Source: Patescibacteria group bacterium | Lineage (GTDB): Bacteria > Patescibacteriota > Microgenomatia > Levybacterales > UBA12049 | Length of the DNA stretch: 64,000 nucleotides | Direction: 5' to 3' | Assembly: GCA_038064195.1 (NCBI GenBank) | Contig: JBBTTO010000003.1 | Span: forward strand, 114,428-178,427 | Shown here: positions 63,954 through 64,000 of the stretch, in pieces | Numbering within the stretch: position 1 is the stretch's first letter | How the letters are laid out: each line of letters starts with the position of its first letter | Notes under the pieces: generated by a model | Database searches by the model: none | What the model saw: the letters and a program-made list of their open reading frames with translations, nothing else | Told to the model about the DNA's origin: nothing | Program-made: the position numbers and the translations under genes

Positions 63954-64000
63954 AGGAGTTAAGGTTTAGCTACGAGAGTCTTGAGGATCGAGTCCATCTC

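Overview
This 64-kb window has low GC (roughly 40-45% by eye) and is mostly core housekeeping genes on the + strand. It is most consistent with a reduced-genome bacterium of the Patescibacteria/CPR type. Supporting signs are a truncated EF-Ts, a short ProRS without an editing domain, Lys-rich tails on S2 and ThyA, and two 'four-helix-bundle / 23S-IVS-type' genes; this placement is an inference.

Core content:
- A tightly clustered dTMP/dTTP synthesis plus nucleotide-pool module (dcd, tmk, a second dcd/dut-family gene, two HD hydrolases, thyA, NUDIX, a deoxyribosyltransferase-like gene, folA, glyA).
- rpsB-tsf-frr (no pyrH), rseP, and an oxidative pentose-phosphate operon (pgl-zwf-epimerase-gnd).
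- A Cof phosphatase, proS, a DHH phosphoesterase, a HIT protein, and rpsU-ybeY-dnaX-ybaB-GNAT-prs-recR.
- A PRC/MgtE-N/CBS protein next to an NRAMP transporter, cysS, lepB, PBP1A, an L,D-transpeptidase, FKBP, methyltransferases, malic enzyme, a bacterial type IB topoisomerase, and one tRNA.

Accessory and unusual content:
1. A ~3.8-kb segment bounded by ~0.5-kb imperfect inverted repeats, carrying GC-rich secreted-protein genes (11.2-15.0 kb).
2. A pervasive short palindromic GCGCTAAGCGC-type dispersed repeat family that also sits in frame inside rseP, gnd and dnaX. A second AGAATT-type repeat sits in frame in gnd and dnaX and flanks a four-helix-bundle gene.
3. A cysS-to-lepB accessory region (41.1-48.7 kb) with several linked features: a 31-bp direct repeat of an internal cysS segment; a promoter-driven, hairpin-dense ~550-nt noncoding stretch; an array of small hypothetical genes separated by paralogous terminator/TTGACT/operator-palindrome/RBS modules; a long-stem structured RNA candidate; a (GGTCAGT)x7 microsatellite; and a GC-rich stretch with no stop codons in any forward frame.
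4. A sortase-fold protein lacking the catalytic His/Cys, a tRNA with an ACU anticodon next to a PD-(D/E)xK nuclease, and a GC-rich patch beside the TopIB gene.

No CRISPR array, rRNA, transposase or integrase was recognised.
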